Shown: positions 17,700 through 26,453 of the stretch, piece by piece
Layout: each line of letters begins with the position of its first letter
Position numbering within the stretch: position 1 is the stretch's first letter
NCBI GenBank assembly: GCA_025927685.1
Contig: JAICKX010000001.1
Location: 13,974 to 77,973 of the forward strand
DNA length: 64,000 nucleotides
From: Thermoleophilia bacterium
GTDB lineage: Bacteria; Actinomycetota; Thermoleophilia; Gaiellales; JAICJC01
Reading direction: 5' to 3'
Notes under the pieces: generated by a model
The model's database searches: none
What the model was told of the DNA's origin: nothing
Seen by the model: only the letters and a program-made list of their open reading frames with translations
Position numbers and translations under genes: made by a program

Positions 17700-17728
17700 G
17701 GGGTCTGACCCGTACGGGGTCAGACCCC
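17700..17728. terminator. Perfect 12-bp hairpin GGGGTCTGACCC-gtacg-GGGTCAGACCCC overlapping the stop of the CGNR gene
   Basis: Read directly from the sequence. The TGA stop of 17720..18286 (minus) lies inside the right arm. Confidence 0.55.
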
Positions 17729-18286
17729 GGTGGTCTTGACCTGGCGCGCTCGGTGCGCGCGCACCTTCTCGCGGCTGCCGCAGACGGCCATGCTGCACCA
17801 GCGCGCCGAGCGGTTCTTGGACAGGTCGTAGAACGCCCAGCCGCAGTCGCGGGCGGGGCAGGCCTTGAGCCGGGCGAACGTCCCGTCGGCGATCGAGGTG
17901 AAGACGATCGCGACGATCGAACCGACGACTGCGGCGATCGGCTCCTCGGGCTGCGGCACGAGCGCTGCGGTGCCGTCCTCGTCGAACCGCACGCGCAGGC
18001 CGCCGCGCCCCGCGCGGTTCAGGCTACGGAGCGCCTCGGGATCCACCGGATCTCCGTTATTGGCGCGGAGGAGCCCCCTGAGCGCCTCGCGGAACTCCGC
18101 CATGCGGGCGATCTCGTCGTCCGTCGGACGCAGGTCAGCGGGGGCGAGCGACCGATCGCGAAGCCAGTCGCGCAACCCGGCCGGCGTCTCGATCGCGTCG
18201 GTGCCCGCCTCGACGTCGAGGGTGTTCACGAGCTCCTGGACGATCAGGAGCGCTCCCGGGGCCGGATTGGCGGCGGTGTCGGTCAC
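17720..18286 (-). CDS. CGNR zinc-finger (ABATE-domain) putative transcriptional regulator
   Basis: C-terminal CPARDCGWAFYDLSKNRSARWCSMAVCGSREKVRAHR matches the CGNR zinc-finger pattern (N to S variant). Confidence 0.85.
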   Translation of the reverse strand: MTDTAANPAPGALLIVQELVNTLDVEAGTDAIETPAGLRDWLRDRSLAPADLRPTDDEIARMAEFREALRGLLRANNGDPVDPEALRSLNRAGRGGLRVRFDEDGTAALVPQPEEPIAAVVGSIVAIVFTSIADGTFARLKACPARDCGWAFYDLSKNRSARWCSMAVCGSREKVRAHRARQVKTTGV

Positions 18287-18314
18287 GCTGCCGACACGAT
18301 ACCAGCAAAATCGC

Positions 18315-18343
18315 TTGACAGGTAACAGTAACCGCTGTAGGCT
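18315..18343 (+). promoter_or_regulatory. Sigma-70-like promoter candidate TTGACA-N17-TAGGCT in an AT-richer patch
   Basis: TTGACA 18315-18320 and TAGGCT 18338-18343. The -10 ends only 2 nt before ATG 18346, so translation may instead begin at ATG 18364. Confidence 0.3.
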
Positions 18344-18345
18344 TC

Positions 18346-18924
18346 ATGCCGGTAACGAAGAAGATGAACGGACTCCCCGCACCCGCAGCAGCAGCCCAGG
18401 ACCTGCCCCGCGCCCGCGCCGCCCGAGGCGTGCTCGTACGCCAGGCGCTCGCGATGGCCGCGATGGCGGTGCTGGCCGCTCTCACCGGCTTCGCCTGGCT
18501 GGCCGTCCCGGCCGCGCTCGGCACGCTGGCGCTGGCGGCCGGAGCGGTCGTGCTCGAGCTGCGCTCCCGTCGCGACGCCGACGTCATGCTGCACTCGGCG
18601 CCGTTCACGGGGGAGGGCCGCGACCCCGAAACCTCGGCCGTCCTCGCCAGGCGCGCCGCGGCGCTGACCGCGCCCAGGCATCTGCGCGCGCTGGCGGCCT
18701 CCGTCCGGGCGCACGCGCACAGCGGTCGCCACATCCTCGTTCCCCAGCCGCCCGCGGCCCGGCTGCTCTCGTCCCACGTCGAGAGCGCCGACCGCATCGC
18801 CGCTGCCCTCGACCGGCGCCCGGCCGACGTGCGCGCGGTCGTCGAGCTGGAGTGGCTGCTCTCCGACCCGCGCCCGTCCGAGGACCGGCTCCGGCGGGTC
18901 GAGCGGCTGCTGGCCGCGTCCTAG
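18346..18924 (+). CDS. Hypothetical membrane protein
   Basis: 192 aa, two hydrophobic segments, high GC3. Divergent from the CGNR regulator. Confidence 0.65.
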   Translation: MPVTKKMNGLPAPAAAAQDLPRARAARGVLVRQALAMAAMAVLAALTGFAWLAVPAALGTLALAAGAVVLELRSRRDADVMLHSAPFTGEGRDPETSAVLARRAAALTAPRHLRALAASVRAHAHSGRHILVPQPPAARLLSSHVESADRIAAALDRRPADVRAVVELEWLLSDPRPSEDRLRRVERLLAAS

Positions 18925-18928
18925 ACGG

Positions 18929-20191
18929 TCACGCGTGCGCCGGCGCGGCCTGCGCCACGGCCGTCCCGATCACCTCGGCCACCTTCGCCAACTCCTGCTC
19001 GGAGATGACGTAGGGCGGGGAGATCTGAAGCGCGCGCCCCGCCAGGCCGCGCGTGAGGACGCCGTTTCGGCGACAGCCGGCCACGATCCGCTCGACCAGG
19101 CCCGGGTCCGCGGCGCGCGCCTCGGGGTCGATCTCGACCGCCGCCAGCAGGCCGAGGCCGGCACGCACCTCGCTCACGAGCGGCAGGTCGGCGAGCGGCG
19201 CGACGATGCGGGCCAGCACCGGCTCCATCTCGGCGACGCGGTCCACGAGCTCCTCGCGCTCCATCAGGTCGAGGTTCGCCAAGCCGGCCGCGCACGCCGC
19301 CGGGTGGCCGGAGTACGTGAAGCCGTGGCGGAAGATCGCCCGGCCCGGCTCGGTCCAGAACGGCTCCTGTACGCGGGCGGAGATGATGACTGCGCCGAGC
19401 GGGAGGTAGCCGGAGGTGATCGCCTTGGCGCAGGTGATCAGGTCGGGCTCGATCCCGAGCCGCTGGCAGCCGAACCACCTGCCGAGCCGGCCGAACCCGG
19501 TCACGACCTCGTCGGCGATCAGCAGCACGTCGTGCTTCCGGCACAGGTCCTGGACCGCCGCCCAGTAGCCGTCGGGCGGATGCAGGATCCCGCCGGCGCC
19601 GATCACCGGCTCGCCGATGAACGCCGCGATCTCGCCCGCCCGCTCCTCGAAGAGCGTCGCGAGGGCGGCCGGGTCGTCGTGCGGAACGGACGCGACGTCG
19701 GCGATCAGCGTGCCGAAGCCCTCGCGGTTGGTGGCGATGCCGGCCAGGCTCGTGCCGTAGGCGTTCATGCCGTGGTAGCTGTGCTCGCGGTGCACGACCA
19801 GCTGCTTGCCCGGCTGCCCGAGCGCGTGCCAGTACCGGCGGGCGAGCTTGGCCGCCGTGTCGACGGCGTCCGAGCCGCCGGAGCCGAAGAACACGGCCGC
19901 GTCGGGGAACGGCGCCAGCGACGACACCCGCTCGGCGAGCTCGAGGGCCGGCCGGTTGGCGAGCCGGTCGAAGGTGTCGAACGCCGCCAGCTCGCGCATC
20001 TGCGCCGCGACGGCGTCGGCGATCTCGGCCCGCCCGTGTCCGACGGCGGCGTACCAGAGCCCGCCGCGGGCGTCGACGTACTCGTTGCCGTCGGCGTCCC
20101 AGACCCGGGCGCCGCGGCCGCGGACGATCACGACCTCGTCGTCCTTGACGGCCGCCATGTCGGCGAACGGATGCCAGAGGCGCGTGCTCAC
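18929..20191 (-). CDS. Class III (omega) aminotransferase, PLP-dependent
   Basis: GTG 20191 gives VSTRLWHPFADM... The protein contains GSGGSDAVDTA, IADEVVTGFGRLG and the PLP-lysine context CAKAITSGYLPLGA. The start overlaps the upstream stop (GTGA). Confidence 0.88.
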   Translation of the reverse strand: MSTRLWHPFADMAAVKDDEVVIVRGRGARVWDADGNEYVDARGGLWYAAVGHGRAEIADAVAAQMRELAAFDTFDRLANRPALELAERVSSLAPFPDAAVFFGSGGSDAVDTAAKLARRYWHALGQPGKQLVVHREHSYHGMNAYGTSLAGIATNREGFGTLIADVASVPHDDPAALATLFEERAGEIAAFIGEPVIGAGGILHPPDGYWAAVQDLCRKHDVLLIADEVVTGFGRLGRWFGCQRLGIEPDLITCAKAITSGYLPLGAVIISARVQEPFWTEPGRAIFRHGFTYSGHPAACAAGLANLDLMEREELVDRVAEMEPVLARIVAPLADLPLVSEVRAGLGLLAAVEIDPEARAADPGLVERIVAGCRRNGVLTRGLAGRALQISPPYVISEQELAKVAEVIGTAVAQAAPAHA

Positions 20192-20898
20192 CGGGCCGAC
20201 GATACCAGCCCTTCGAAGACGGGCGCCCCATGCCCGTCGTGCTCGGCGTCGGGATGCCAGAGGACGCCGACGCAGAAGCGGCGGCCGGGATGCTCGATCG
20301 CCTCGATGACGCCGTCGCCGGCCCGGGCCGAGACGACCAGGCCCTCGCCGACGCGCGCGATCCCCTGGTGGTGGTGCGAGTGCACGCGCAGGCGCTCGCC
20401 GATCAGGCGGCGCGCCAGCGTGCCGGGGACGGTCTCCACCTCGTGCACGCCGAACTCGGAGTCGGAGAGCCGGTGCGGGCTGACGTCGATGGTGTCGGCC
20501 AGGTGCTGGTCGAGCGTCCCGCCGAGGGCAACGTTCAGCACCTGCACGCCGCGGCAGATGCCGAGGAGCGGCACGTCGCGCGCCACCGCCCGCCGGACGA
20601 GCGCGAGCTCGACGGCGTCGCGCCGCGGGCTGAGCGTCCCGATCGACGCGTGCGGCTCCTGGCCGTAGTGGGTGGGGTCGATGTCGTTGCCGCCGACGAC
20701 GAGGAGCGCGTCGACGATGTCGAGCACGTCGTCGGGCTCCTCGATCCAGGTCGTGTCGGCCGGCAGCACCACGGGGCGCCCGCCGGCCAGGCGGATCCCC
20801 TCCACGTACCCCTGCGACACGAGCACGGCGTCGCACGACCAGTGCGACATCGCCGCCTGCGTCCAGTAGCTCGTGACGCCGACGGTCGGCCGGCTCAC
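20188..20898 (-). CDS. Class I glutamine amidotransferase-like hydrolase, PuuD / peptidase C26 family (gamma-glutamyl amide hydrolase-like)
   Basis: LLVVGGNDIDP, nucleophile context LLGICRGVQVLN and GVLWHPD. 236 aa. Both ends have 4-nt overlaps with neighbouring genes. Confidence 0.8.
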   Translation of the reverse strand: MSRPTVGVTSYWTQAAMSHWSCDAVLVSQGYVEGIRLAGGRPVVLPADTTWIEEPDDVLDIVDALLVVGGNDIDPTHYGQEPHASIGTLSPRRDAVELALVRRAVARDVPLLGICRGVQVLNVALGGTLDQHLADTIDVSPHRLSDSEFGVHEVETVPGTLARRLIGERLRVHSHHHQGIARVGEGLVVSARAGDGVIEAIEHPGRRFCVGVLWHPDAEHDGHGAPVFEGLVSSAR

Positions 20899-22250
20899 AG
20901 CCGCCCCGCCGCCGTCCCGGCCGCCTCGACGGCCCGGTCGACGTCCGCGTCGGTGTGGGCGGTCGAGACGATCATGTGCAGGAGGAGCGCCGGGCTCGCG
21001 TACACGCCCAGGCCGAAGAGCTCGTGGACGAAGCGCCGGTAGAGGGCCGGGTCGGCATGGGTGCAGAAGTCACGCATGTCGTGGATCGGCCCGGCGTCCG
21101 CGTGGCCGTGACGCAGCGGCAGCACCTGGAGCATCGGCCCGACGCCCTGCACGATGGCCGGGATCCCGCTCGCCTCCAGCGCGCCGGCGAGGCCGGCCGC
21201 GAGCCGCTCACCCAGGCGCGTCATCGCGGCCGCGGCGGCGGCGCCGTCCTCCGTCAGCATGTCGAGGCTCTCGGCCGCGATGGTGAGGGCCAGGTTGGGC
21301 GCGTTCTGGGTTCCGTAGTGCAGGACGCCGCCGCCCGCCAGGGCGTCCATGACCTCCGCCCGCCCCGTGATCGCGGCGAGCGGGAGCCCGGCGCCGAGCG
21401 CCTTCCCGAACGTCGCCAGGTCGCCGGTCACCCCGTAGAGCGCCTGGCAGCCGCCGGGATGGAGCCGAAACCCGGTCACGGTCTCGTCCATGATCAGGAG
21501 CGCGCCATGCTCGTCGCACAGGCGCCGCATCGCCTCGAGGTACCCGGGCCGGGGCGGGATGACGCCCATGTTCGCCATGACGGGCTCGGTGATCACCGCC
21601 GCCACGCGGCCGCGATGCCGGTCCAGGCAGCCGGCCAGGAGCTCCGCGTTGTTCCACGCGCACAGGACGGTGTCGGCGACGGCCCCCTCCGGGAGGCCCT
21701 GCGAGTCGAGGACGCGCGGCGGGTCGGCCGGCTCGCCGAGCGTCGCCGGGTCGCGCGGGTGCGAGCTCACCAGGAAGGCGTCGTGCCAGCCGTGGTAGTG
21801 GCCCTCGAACTTGACCACGAGCGGGCGGCCGGTCACGGCGCGGGCGATCCGGATCGCCGCCATCGTGGCCTCGGTCCCGGTGTTCGCGAACCGCACCCGC
21901 TCGGCGCCCGGCACGAGCCGGGCGATCCGCTCGGCCACGTCCGCCTCGATCTCCGACGCGGTCGCGAACAGTGTGCCCTGGTGGAGGGCGCGCTCGCCGG
22001 CGGCGACGAGCCGGGGATGGGCGTGCCCGTGCAGGAGCGCGCCGTAGGCCATCATCAGGTCGACGTACTCGTTGCCGTCGGCGTCGGTGATGCGCGCGGC
22101 CGCGCCGGAGGCCATGAAGATCGGGACGTCGTAGTTGACGTTCCCGCGGGACGGCGACGACACCCCCTCGACGAGCGTCTCCCGGGCCCGATCGAAGAGT
22201 GCGCGGGAGCGGTCGAGCGTGAATGGCACGGCTAGTGGATCGTCCGGCAA
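20895..22250 (-). CDS. Glutamate-1-semialdehyde 2,1-aminomutase-like class III aminotransferase
   Basis: LVEGVSSPSRG, RFANTGTEATMAAIRIAR, MDETVTGFR and TFGKALGAGLPL (PLP lysine). The track start is TTG 22250; an alternative is GTG 22229. Confidence 0.85.
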   Translation of the reverse strand: MPDDPLAVPFTLDRSRALFDRARETLVEGVSSPSRGNVNYDVPIFMASGAAARITDADGNEYVDLMMAYGALLHGHAHPRLVAAGERALHQGTLFATASEIEADVAERIARLVPGAERVRFANTGTEATMAAIRIARAVTGRPLVVKFEGHYHGWHDAFLVSSHPRDPATLGEPADPPRVLDSQGLPEGAVADTVLCAWNNAELLAGCLDRHRGRVAAVITEPVMANMGVIPPRPGYLEAMRRLCDEHGALLIMDETVTGFRLHPGGCQALYGVTGDLATFGKALGAGLPLAAITGRAEVMDALAGGGVLHYGTQNAPNLALTIAAESLDMLTEDGAAAAAAMTRLGERLAAGLAGALEASGIPAIVQGVGPMLQVLPLRHGHADAGPIHDMRDFCTHADPALYRRFVHELFGLGVYASPALLLHMIVSTAHTDADVDRAVEAAGTAAGRL

Positions 22251-22256
22251 CGTCCG

Positions 22257-22323
22257 CCGCTCTCGCGGCCTGCGTGGGTAGCAGGCCGCTCGCGGAACCT
22301 GTCAGGGCGTTCGCCCTGACGGG
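22257..22323. promoter_or_regulatory. Two adjacent strong stem-loops/palindromes in a divergent regulatory region
   Basis: H1 spans 22257-22295 (core GCGGCCTGC-gtgggta-GCAGGCCGC). H2 spans 22298-22323 (GTCAGGGCG-tt-CGCCCTGAC). Confidence 0.4.
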
Positions 22324-22459
22324 CCGGCGGCCGCAAAGCTGCGCGCTGCTGTGTCCTCGGTCGCGCCGATGGGTCCACTATCGGCGCTCCCTGCGTCCGT
22401 GCATCGCGTGCTTTTCGCTCGCCATTGACACCAGCAACGTTACCGGACGACCCACTGAT

Positions 22460-22465
22460 TACAGT
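22460..22465 (+). promoter_or_regulatory. -10-like box TACAGT, 6 nt upstream of ATG 22472 (leaderless-type)
   Basis: TACAGT-agcggc-ATG. No SD is possible in that spacing. Confidence 0.4.
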
Positions 22466-22471
22466 AGCGGC

Positions 22472-23488
22472 ATGGAGGGCGTGACGGCGATGGTGGTGGG
22501 CCCCGGCAACCTGGGAGCGATGCTGGCGGAGGCGCTGGCGCTCGAGCCGGCCGTCGGGAAGCTCGTCGTCGCCGGCCGCCGCCGCGAACGCTGCGAGGCG
22601 GTCGCCGGCCAGGCACGTCTGGTCGCGGCGATCCATGGCCGCAGCCCCGAGGTGGTCGCGGCCGCGCCGGACTGGAGCGGCGACGGCATCGACATGGCGG
22701 TGCTGGCACCGACGATGCAGTCGTGGTGGGTGCTGAACGAGCTGCCGGAACCGGCGCGCGCCCCGCTGCGCAAGCTCGGCCTGGCCGCGTGGCTGCCGTT
22801 CCCGCTGGCGCCGCTGATCGAGGTGATGGAGCAGCTCGGGCCCGGGCCGTTCTCCGTCATCGTCTCGTTCCCCGACCTGACGGGCCCGGTGCTGAAGGCG
22901 ATGGGCCACGACGTCAGCTGCGGCCTCGGCAACGTCTCGGAGGTCGCGGCCAAGTTCCCGCGGCCGGTGCGGCTGGTCGCCCACCACGCGCTCGGCCCGC
23001 ACGCCTTCGGGAGCTACGGCAGCTTCGGCGGCGAGCTGCCGCCCTATCTCGTCGACATGCCGAAGGACGAGGCCGACGCAATCATCCGCCGGCCCTGGCC
23101 GCTCCTCACCGACCGCGACATGAACCGCGTGACGGCCGCCGCCGCCGCCCGGCTCTTCGCCGCGCTCCTGGGCGACGACATGACCGCCGACCACGTGCCG
23201 ACCCCCGCCGGCCTGCCGGGCGGGTATCCCGTGCTGGCGGGCGGCATGCGCGTCGAGCTCGACCTGCGCTGGCCGGTCGCGGAGGCGATCGCCGTGAACG
23301 AGGCGGGCGGCCGGTTCGACGGGGTCGAGCGGATCGAACCGGACGGGAGCGTCGCGCTCACCGCCGAGACGGCCGAGACGCTGAAGCGCGTGCTCGGCTA
23401 CGACGTGCCCGTGCTGCGCCCGTCAGAGGCCGCCGGGGCGGCCGCGGAGCTGAAGCGGTGCTTCGAGCGCCACGCGGCCGCCCCGTGA
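22472..23488 (+). CDS. Hypothetical NAD(P)-binding protein (saccharopine-dehydrogenase-like Rossmann N-terminus)
   Basis: MEGVTAMVVGPGNLGAMLAEAL...VVAGRR is a GxGxxG-like fold start. The rest was not recognised. The ORF track extends upstream to 22223, but that part looks non-coding. Confidence 0.6.
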   Translation: MEGVTAMVVGPGNLGAMLAEALALEPAVGKLVVAGRRRERCEAVAGQARLVAAIHGRSPEVVAAAPDWSGDGIDMAVLAPTMQSWWVLNELPEPARAPLRKLGLAAWLPFPLAPLIEVMEQLGPGPFSVIVSFPDLTGPVLKAMGHDVSCGLGNVSEVAAKFPRPVRLVAHHALGPHAFGSYGSFGGELPPYLVDMPKDEADAIIRRPWPLLTDRDMNRVTAAAAARLFAALLGDDMTADHVPTPAGLPGGYPVLAGGMRVELDLRWPVAEAIAVNEAGGRFDGVERIEPDGSVALTAETAETLKRVLGYDVPVLRPSEAAGAAAELKRCFERHAAAP

Positions 23489-23497
23489 CCCGATCGT

Positions 23498-25072
23498 CTA
23501 GTCGCCCGCCGCCGGCTCGAGGCCGCCGGTCTCGAGCGGGAGCTCGACCTGCCGCCGGCGCACCGGCGAGCCGATCACGTAGCCGACGATGGCGAACGCG
23601 ACCACGAGCCCCAGCGTCCCGAGGGTGAAGACCTCGAACCGCGCCTGGCTGAGGCCCCAGATCTCCTTGAAGTCGCCGTACTGGACGGCAGGGATCGCAC
23701 TCCAGATGTTGTTGTGGATCCAGGTGAGCGCGGTCTCGATCGTGCTGGGGAAGACCGCCACCCAGGATCCCAGGAGCATCCAGAAGAACGTCAGGCCGCC
23801 GGACAGCCAGAGGCCCGTCTTCCCGCCGGGGACGACGTAGGGCCGGTGGACGTGCGGATGGCTGGACCGGAGCTTGATGACCGTCGGGAAGATGAGCAGG
23901 TAGGAGATGAGCGTGGTGGAGGTGGCCAGGTAGAGCACGACCGTGAACGTCGCGGCGTTGGAGCCGGTCGAGAACTGCTCGGCCGCGACCATGAAGATCG
24001 TCGAGACGACGCCCGACAGGACGTTCACGCGCACCGGTGTCCCCAGCTTGCTGTTGAAGACGCCGAAGAACCCGGCGAACGCGCCGTCATAGGCCGCCAC
24101 GGCCTGGATCCGGTCCGAGCCGATCATCCAGACTGCGCCCGAGGTGACGAGCGCGAAGATGAAGCCCAGCGCCATCACGTCGGTGAGGAAGTTCTGCGCT
24201 CCGCCGTAGACGCTGAACGTCGTGTGCACGGCGTCCAGGAACCCGCCGATGCCCGAGATCTGGCTCGTCGGCAGCACCGCGAGGATTCCGAAGATCGGGA
24301 TGCCGTACGCGAGCACCGTGATGATGCCGCTCTGAATCACCGTCACCGGCACGTCGCGCTGCGGGTTCTCCATCTCCTCGGCGGCACCGTTCTGCAGCTC
24401 GAAGCCGACGTAGTTGAAGAGGAGCAGCGGCACGAGCCCGAGGAAGATGGCCGTGGTGGGCTTGAAATCGCCCGCGCCGTAGCCGTGCACGCCGTGCTCG
24501 ATCGCGTAGATCAGCACCGTGATCGAGAAGAACGCGAGAACCGCGATGCGGATGATGGCGCCGACGTTGGGGATCCACTTGCCGCGGCGGAGCGAAACGA
24601 TCGCGACCGTGATCGAGAACCAGATGAAGATGAGCTTGAAGACGTAGTCGCCGACCGTTCCGGTTCCGATCTGGGAGATGTTGCTGCTCCACGCCTCGGT
24701 GGCGATGAACGCCAGCGAGCCGCCGACCCAGAACGGGTTCGTGACCCAGTACAGCACCGCGCCGATCCCCGCGGTCAACCGGCCCCACGACATCTTCATC
24801 CACTCGTACGGTCCGCCCTCCTGGGTGAAGGCGGTGCCGAGCTCGGCCATCGCCAGCGCGTAGGGCAGCAGGAAGAACACCGCGATGAAGATCAACCAGG
24901 TGAACGTCTCCGCGCCGTAGGACGACACCTGGCCGAGGGTGTCGAGCCCGACGAGCGCGCACACCGTGAAGAAGAGCATGTCGAAGCGGCGCAAGCTCTT
25001 GTGCAGCTTGGCCTTCTCCGCGACCGCCATGGCGGTCGTGCGCTCGACCTCCAAGGGTTCCGATGAGGACAT
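23498..25072 (-). CDS. APC-superfamily amino acid / amine permease
   Basis: SD GGGAGG precedes ATG 25072. About 12 TM segments. N-terminal FDMLFFTVCALVGLDTLG...PYALAMAELGTAF..GGPYEW is typical of APC (GadC/PotE-like) carriers. Confidence 0.85.
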   Translation of the reverse strand: MSSSEPLEVERTTAMAVAEKAKLHKSLRRFDMLFFTVCALVGLDTLGQVSSYGAETFTWLIFIAVFFLLPYALAMAELGTAFTQEGGPYEWMKMSWGRLTAGIGAVLYWVTNPFWVGGSLAFIATEAWSSNISQIGTGTVGDYVFKLIFIWFSITVAIVSLRRGKWIPNVGAIIRIAVLAFFSITVLIYAIEHGVHGYGAGDFKPTTAIFLGLVPLLLFNYVGFELQNGAAEEMENPQRDVPVTVIQSGIITVLAYGIPIFGILAVLPTSQISGIGGFLDAVHTTFSVYGGAQNFLTDVMALGFIFALVTSGAVWMIGSDRIQAVAAYDGAFAGFFGVFNSKLGTPVRVNVLSGVVSTIFMVAAEQFSTGSNAATFTVVLYLATSTTLISYLLIFPTVIKLRSSHPHVHRPYVVPGGKTGLWLSGGLTFFWMLLGSWVAVFPSTIETALTWIHNNIWSAIPAVQYGDFKEIWGLSQARFEVFTLGTLGLVVAFAIVGYVIGSPVRRRQVELPLETGGLEPAAGD

Positions 25073-25164
25073 CCGTCCCTCCCAATGAGAAATGCCCGCC
25101 CCGGACCGGACAGCCGGAGCGCGCGAGATGACCCGGGGAGTTTGGCGGAAAACACTCAAAAAAG

Positions 25165-25932
25165 CTAGAGCGACTCCTCACCCGCGCGCATCGCCGCGCG
25201 CATGCCGCCGTCCACCAGGATGACGGCCCCGTTCACGAAGGCCGCATCGTCGGACGCCAGGAAGACGGCGGCGGCCGCGACGTCCGCGGCCTCGCCGACC
25301 CGCCCGATCGGCGGCACCGGCCAGGTGGACGGGTCGTCGGGCCGCTCCGGCTCGCCCGGCGCCCGCATCTCGCGCATCCCGGGCGCGATGTCGCCTGGGC
25401 AGAGCACGTTCGAGCGCACGCCCCGGCGGCCGCAGTCCACGGCCAGCATCTTGCCGAGCATGATGACCGCCGCCTTCGACACCGAATAGGCGCCGATCGG
25501 GTCCTCGCCGATCACGCCGGCGTCGGAGGCGATGTGGACGATCGAGCCGCGGCGGCGCTCGAGGTGCGGGAGGCAGGCGCGGGCGTAGCGCAGGCAGCCG
25601 GTCACGTTGACGTCGAGGATCCGGGTCAGCTCGCCGGGCGGCGTCTCGGCGAGCGGCAGGACGATCCCGGTGCCCGCATTGCAGACGAGCACGTCCAGCC
25701 CGCCCAGCCGCTCCACCGCCGCCGAGACCGCCCGGTCGGTGTCGGCGTCCGAGCGCACGTCGGCGGCGATGAAGGTCGCTCCGGTCTCTCGCTCGACGGC
25801 CGCCCCGCGCTCGCCGTCGCGGCCCGTGAACGCCACGCCCGCCCCCTCGGCGGCGAACCGGCGGACGGTCTCGGCGCCGAGTCCCGACGTTCCGCCCGTG
25901 ACGAGGGCGGCCTTGCCGGCCAGCCGCGGCAT
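25165..25932 (-). CDS. Short-chain dehydrogenase/reductase (SDR)
   Basis: ALVTGGTSGLG (TGxxxGxG), NAG and YSVSKAA (YxxxK). Confidence 0.9.
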   Translation of the reverse strand: MPRLAGKAALVTGGTSGLGAETVRRFAAEGAGVAFTGRDGERGAAVERETGATFIAADVRSDADTDRAVSAAVERLGGLDVLVCNAGTGIVLPLAETPPGELTRILDVNVTGCLRYARACLPHLERRRGSIVHIASDAGVIGEDPIGAYSVSKAAVIMLGKMLAVDCGRRGVRSNVLCPGDIAPGMREMRAPGEPERPDDPSTWPVPPIGRVGEAADVAAAAVFLASDDAAFVNGAVILVDGGMRAAMRAGEESL

Positions 25933-25950
25933 CCGCTCAAGCGTACCGGG

Positions 25951-26421
25951 CTAGGCGATCGTCGGCAGCGTCATGTCGGCGAGCGTCGCGCCGCCGAGCA
26001 CGCGGAGGGTCGGGTCCATCCCGGCCATGCGGCCGGCGACGACGTCCTCCAGCCTGGCCTCCGCCTCGAGCGCGAGCTCCCGGCCGGCGTCGGTCAGCTC
26101 GGTGCGCCCGAACGCGCCGCGCCGCACGGCCATGCCGCGCGCGCACAGCCGCAGGGCGAGCTGCTTGGCCTGGCTGGGGCTGGCAGAGAGCTGGTCGGCG
26201 AGGCGGGTCGTCTCGATGGGCTCCGCGCCGTGCAAGAGGAGCATGGCGTAGAGCTCCATCGGCCGCAGGTCGAGACCGCGGGCGACCTCGAGAACGGCGC
26301 GGTCGAGCGCCCTGACCATCCGCAGCCCCGCCGGCACGTCATGTGAGGAGAGGGAGGGGGATCTTCCGTTCACGACGGTGAACCGGCCGGGACTACGGAG
26401 GTCAGGAGGCTGTGTTGCCAC
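25951..26421 (-). CDS. MarR-family transcriptional regulator
   Basis: Winged-helix region LRPMELYAMLLLHGAEPIETTRLADQLSASPSQAKQLALRLCARGMAVRR. The start is uncertain (26421, or ATG 26319). Confidence 0.75.
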   Translation of the reverse strand: MATQPPDLRSPGRFTVVNGRSPSLSSHDVPAGLRMVRALDRAVLEVARGLDLRPMELYAMLLLHGAEPIETTRLADQLSASPSQAKQLALRLCARGMAVRRGAFGRTELTDAGRELALEAEARLEDVVAGRMAGMDPTLRVLGGATLADMTLPTIA

Positions 26422-26429
26422 CAGGTGGG

Positions 26430-26453
26430 ATTGTCACAATGCCGGGTGACAAT
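26430..26453. promoter_or_regulatory. Inverted repeat ATTGTCAC-N8-GTGACAAT, candidate MarR operator
   Basis: Perfect 8-bp arms directly upstream of the MarR gene. Confidence 0.4.

Noticed and set aside
17456-17728. Possible CRISPR array or CRISPR remnant because of repeated GGGGTCTGACCCC.
   Set aside because: The repeats are only 13 nt and irregularly spaced (52 nt, then about 190 nt). Two copies are inverted to form one hairpin. No cas genes are present in the window.
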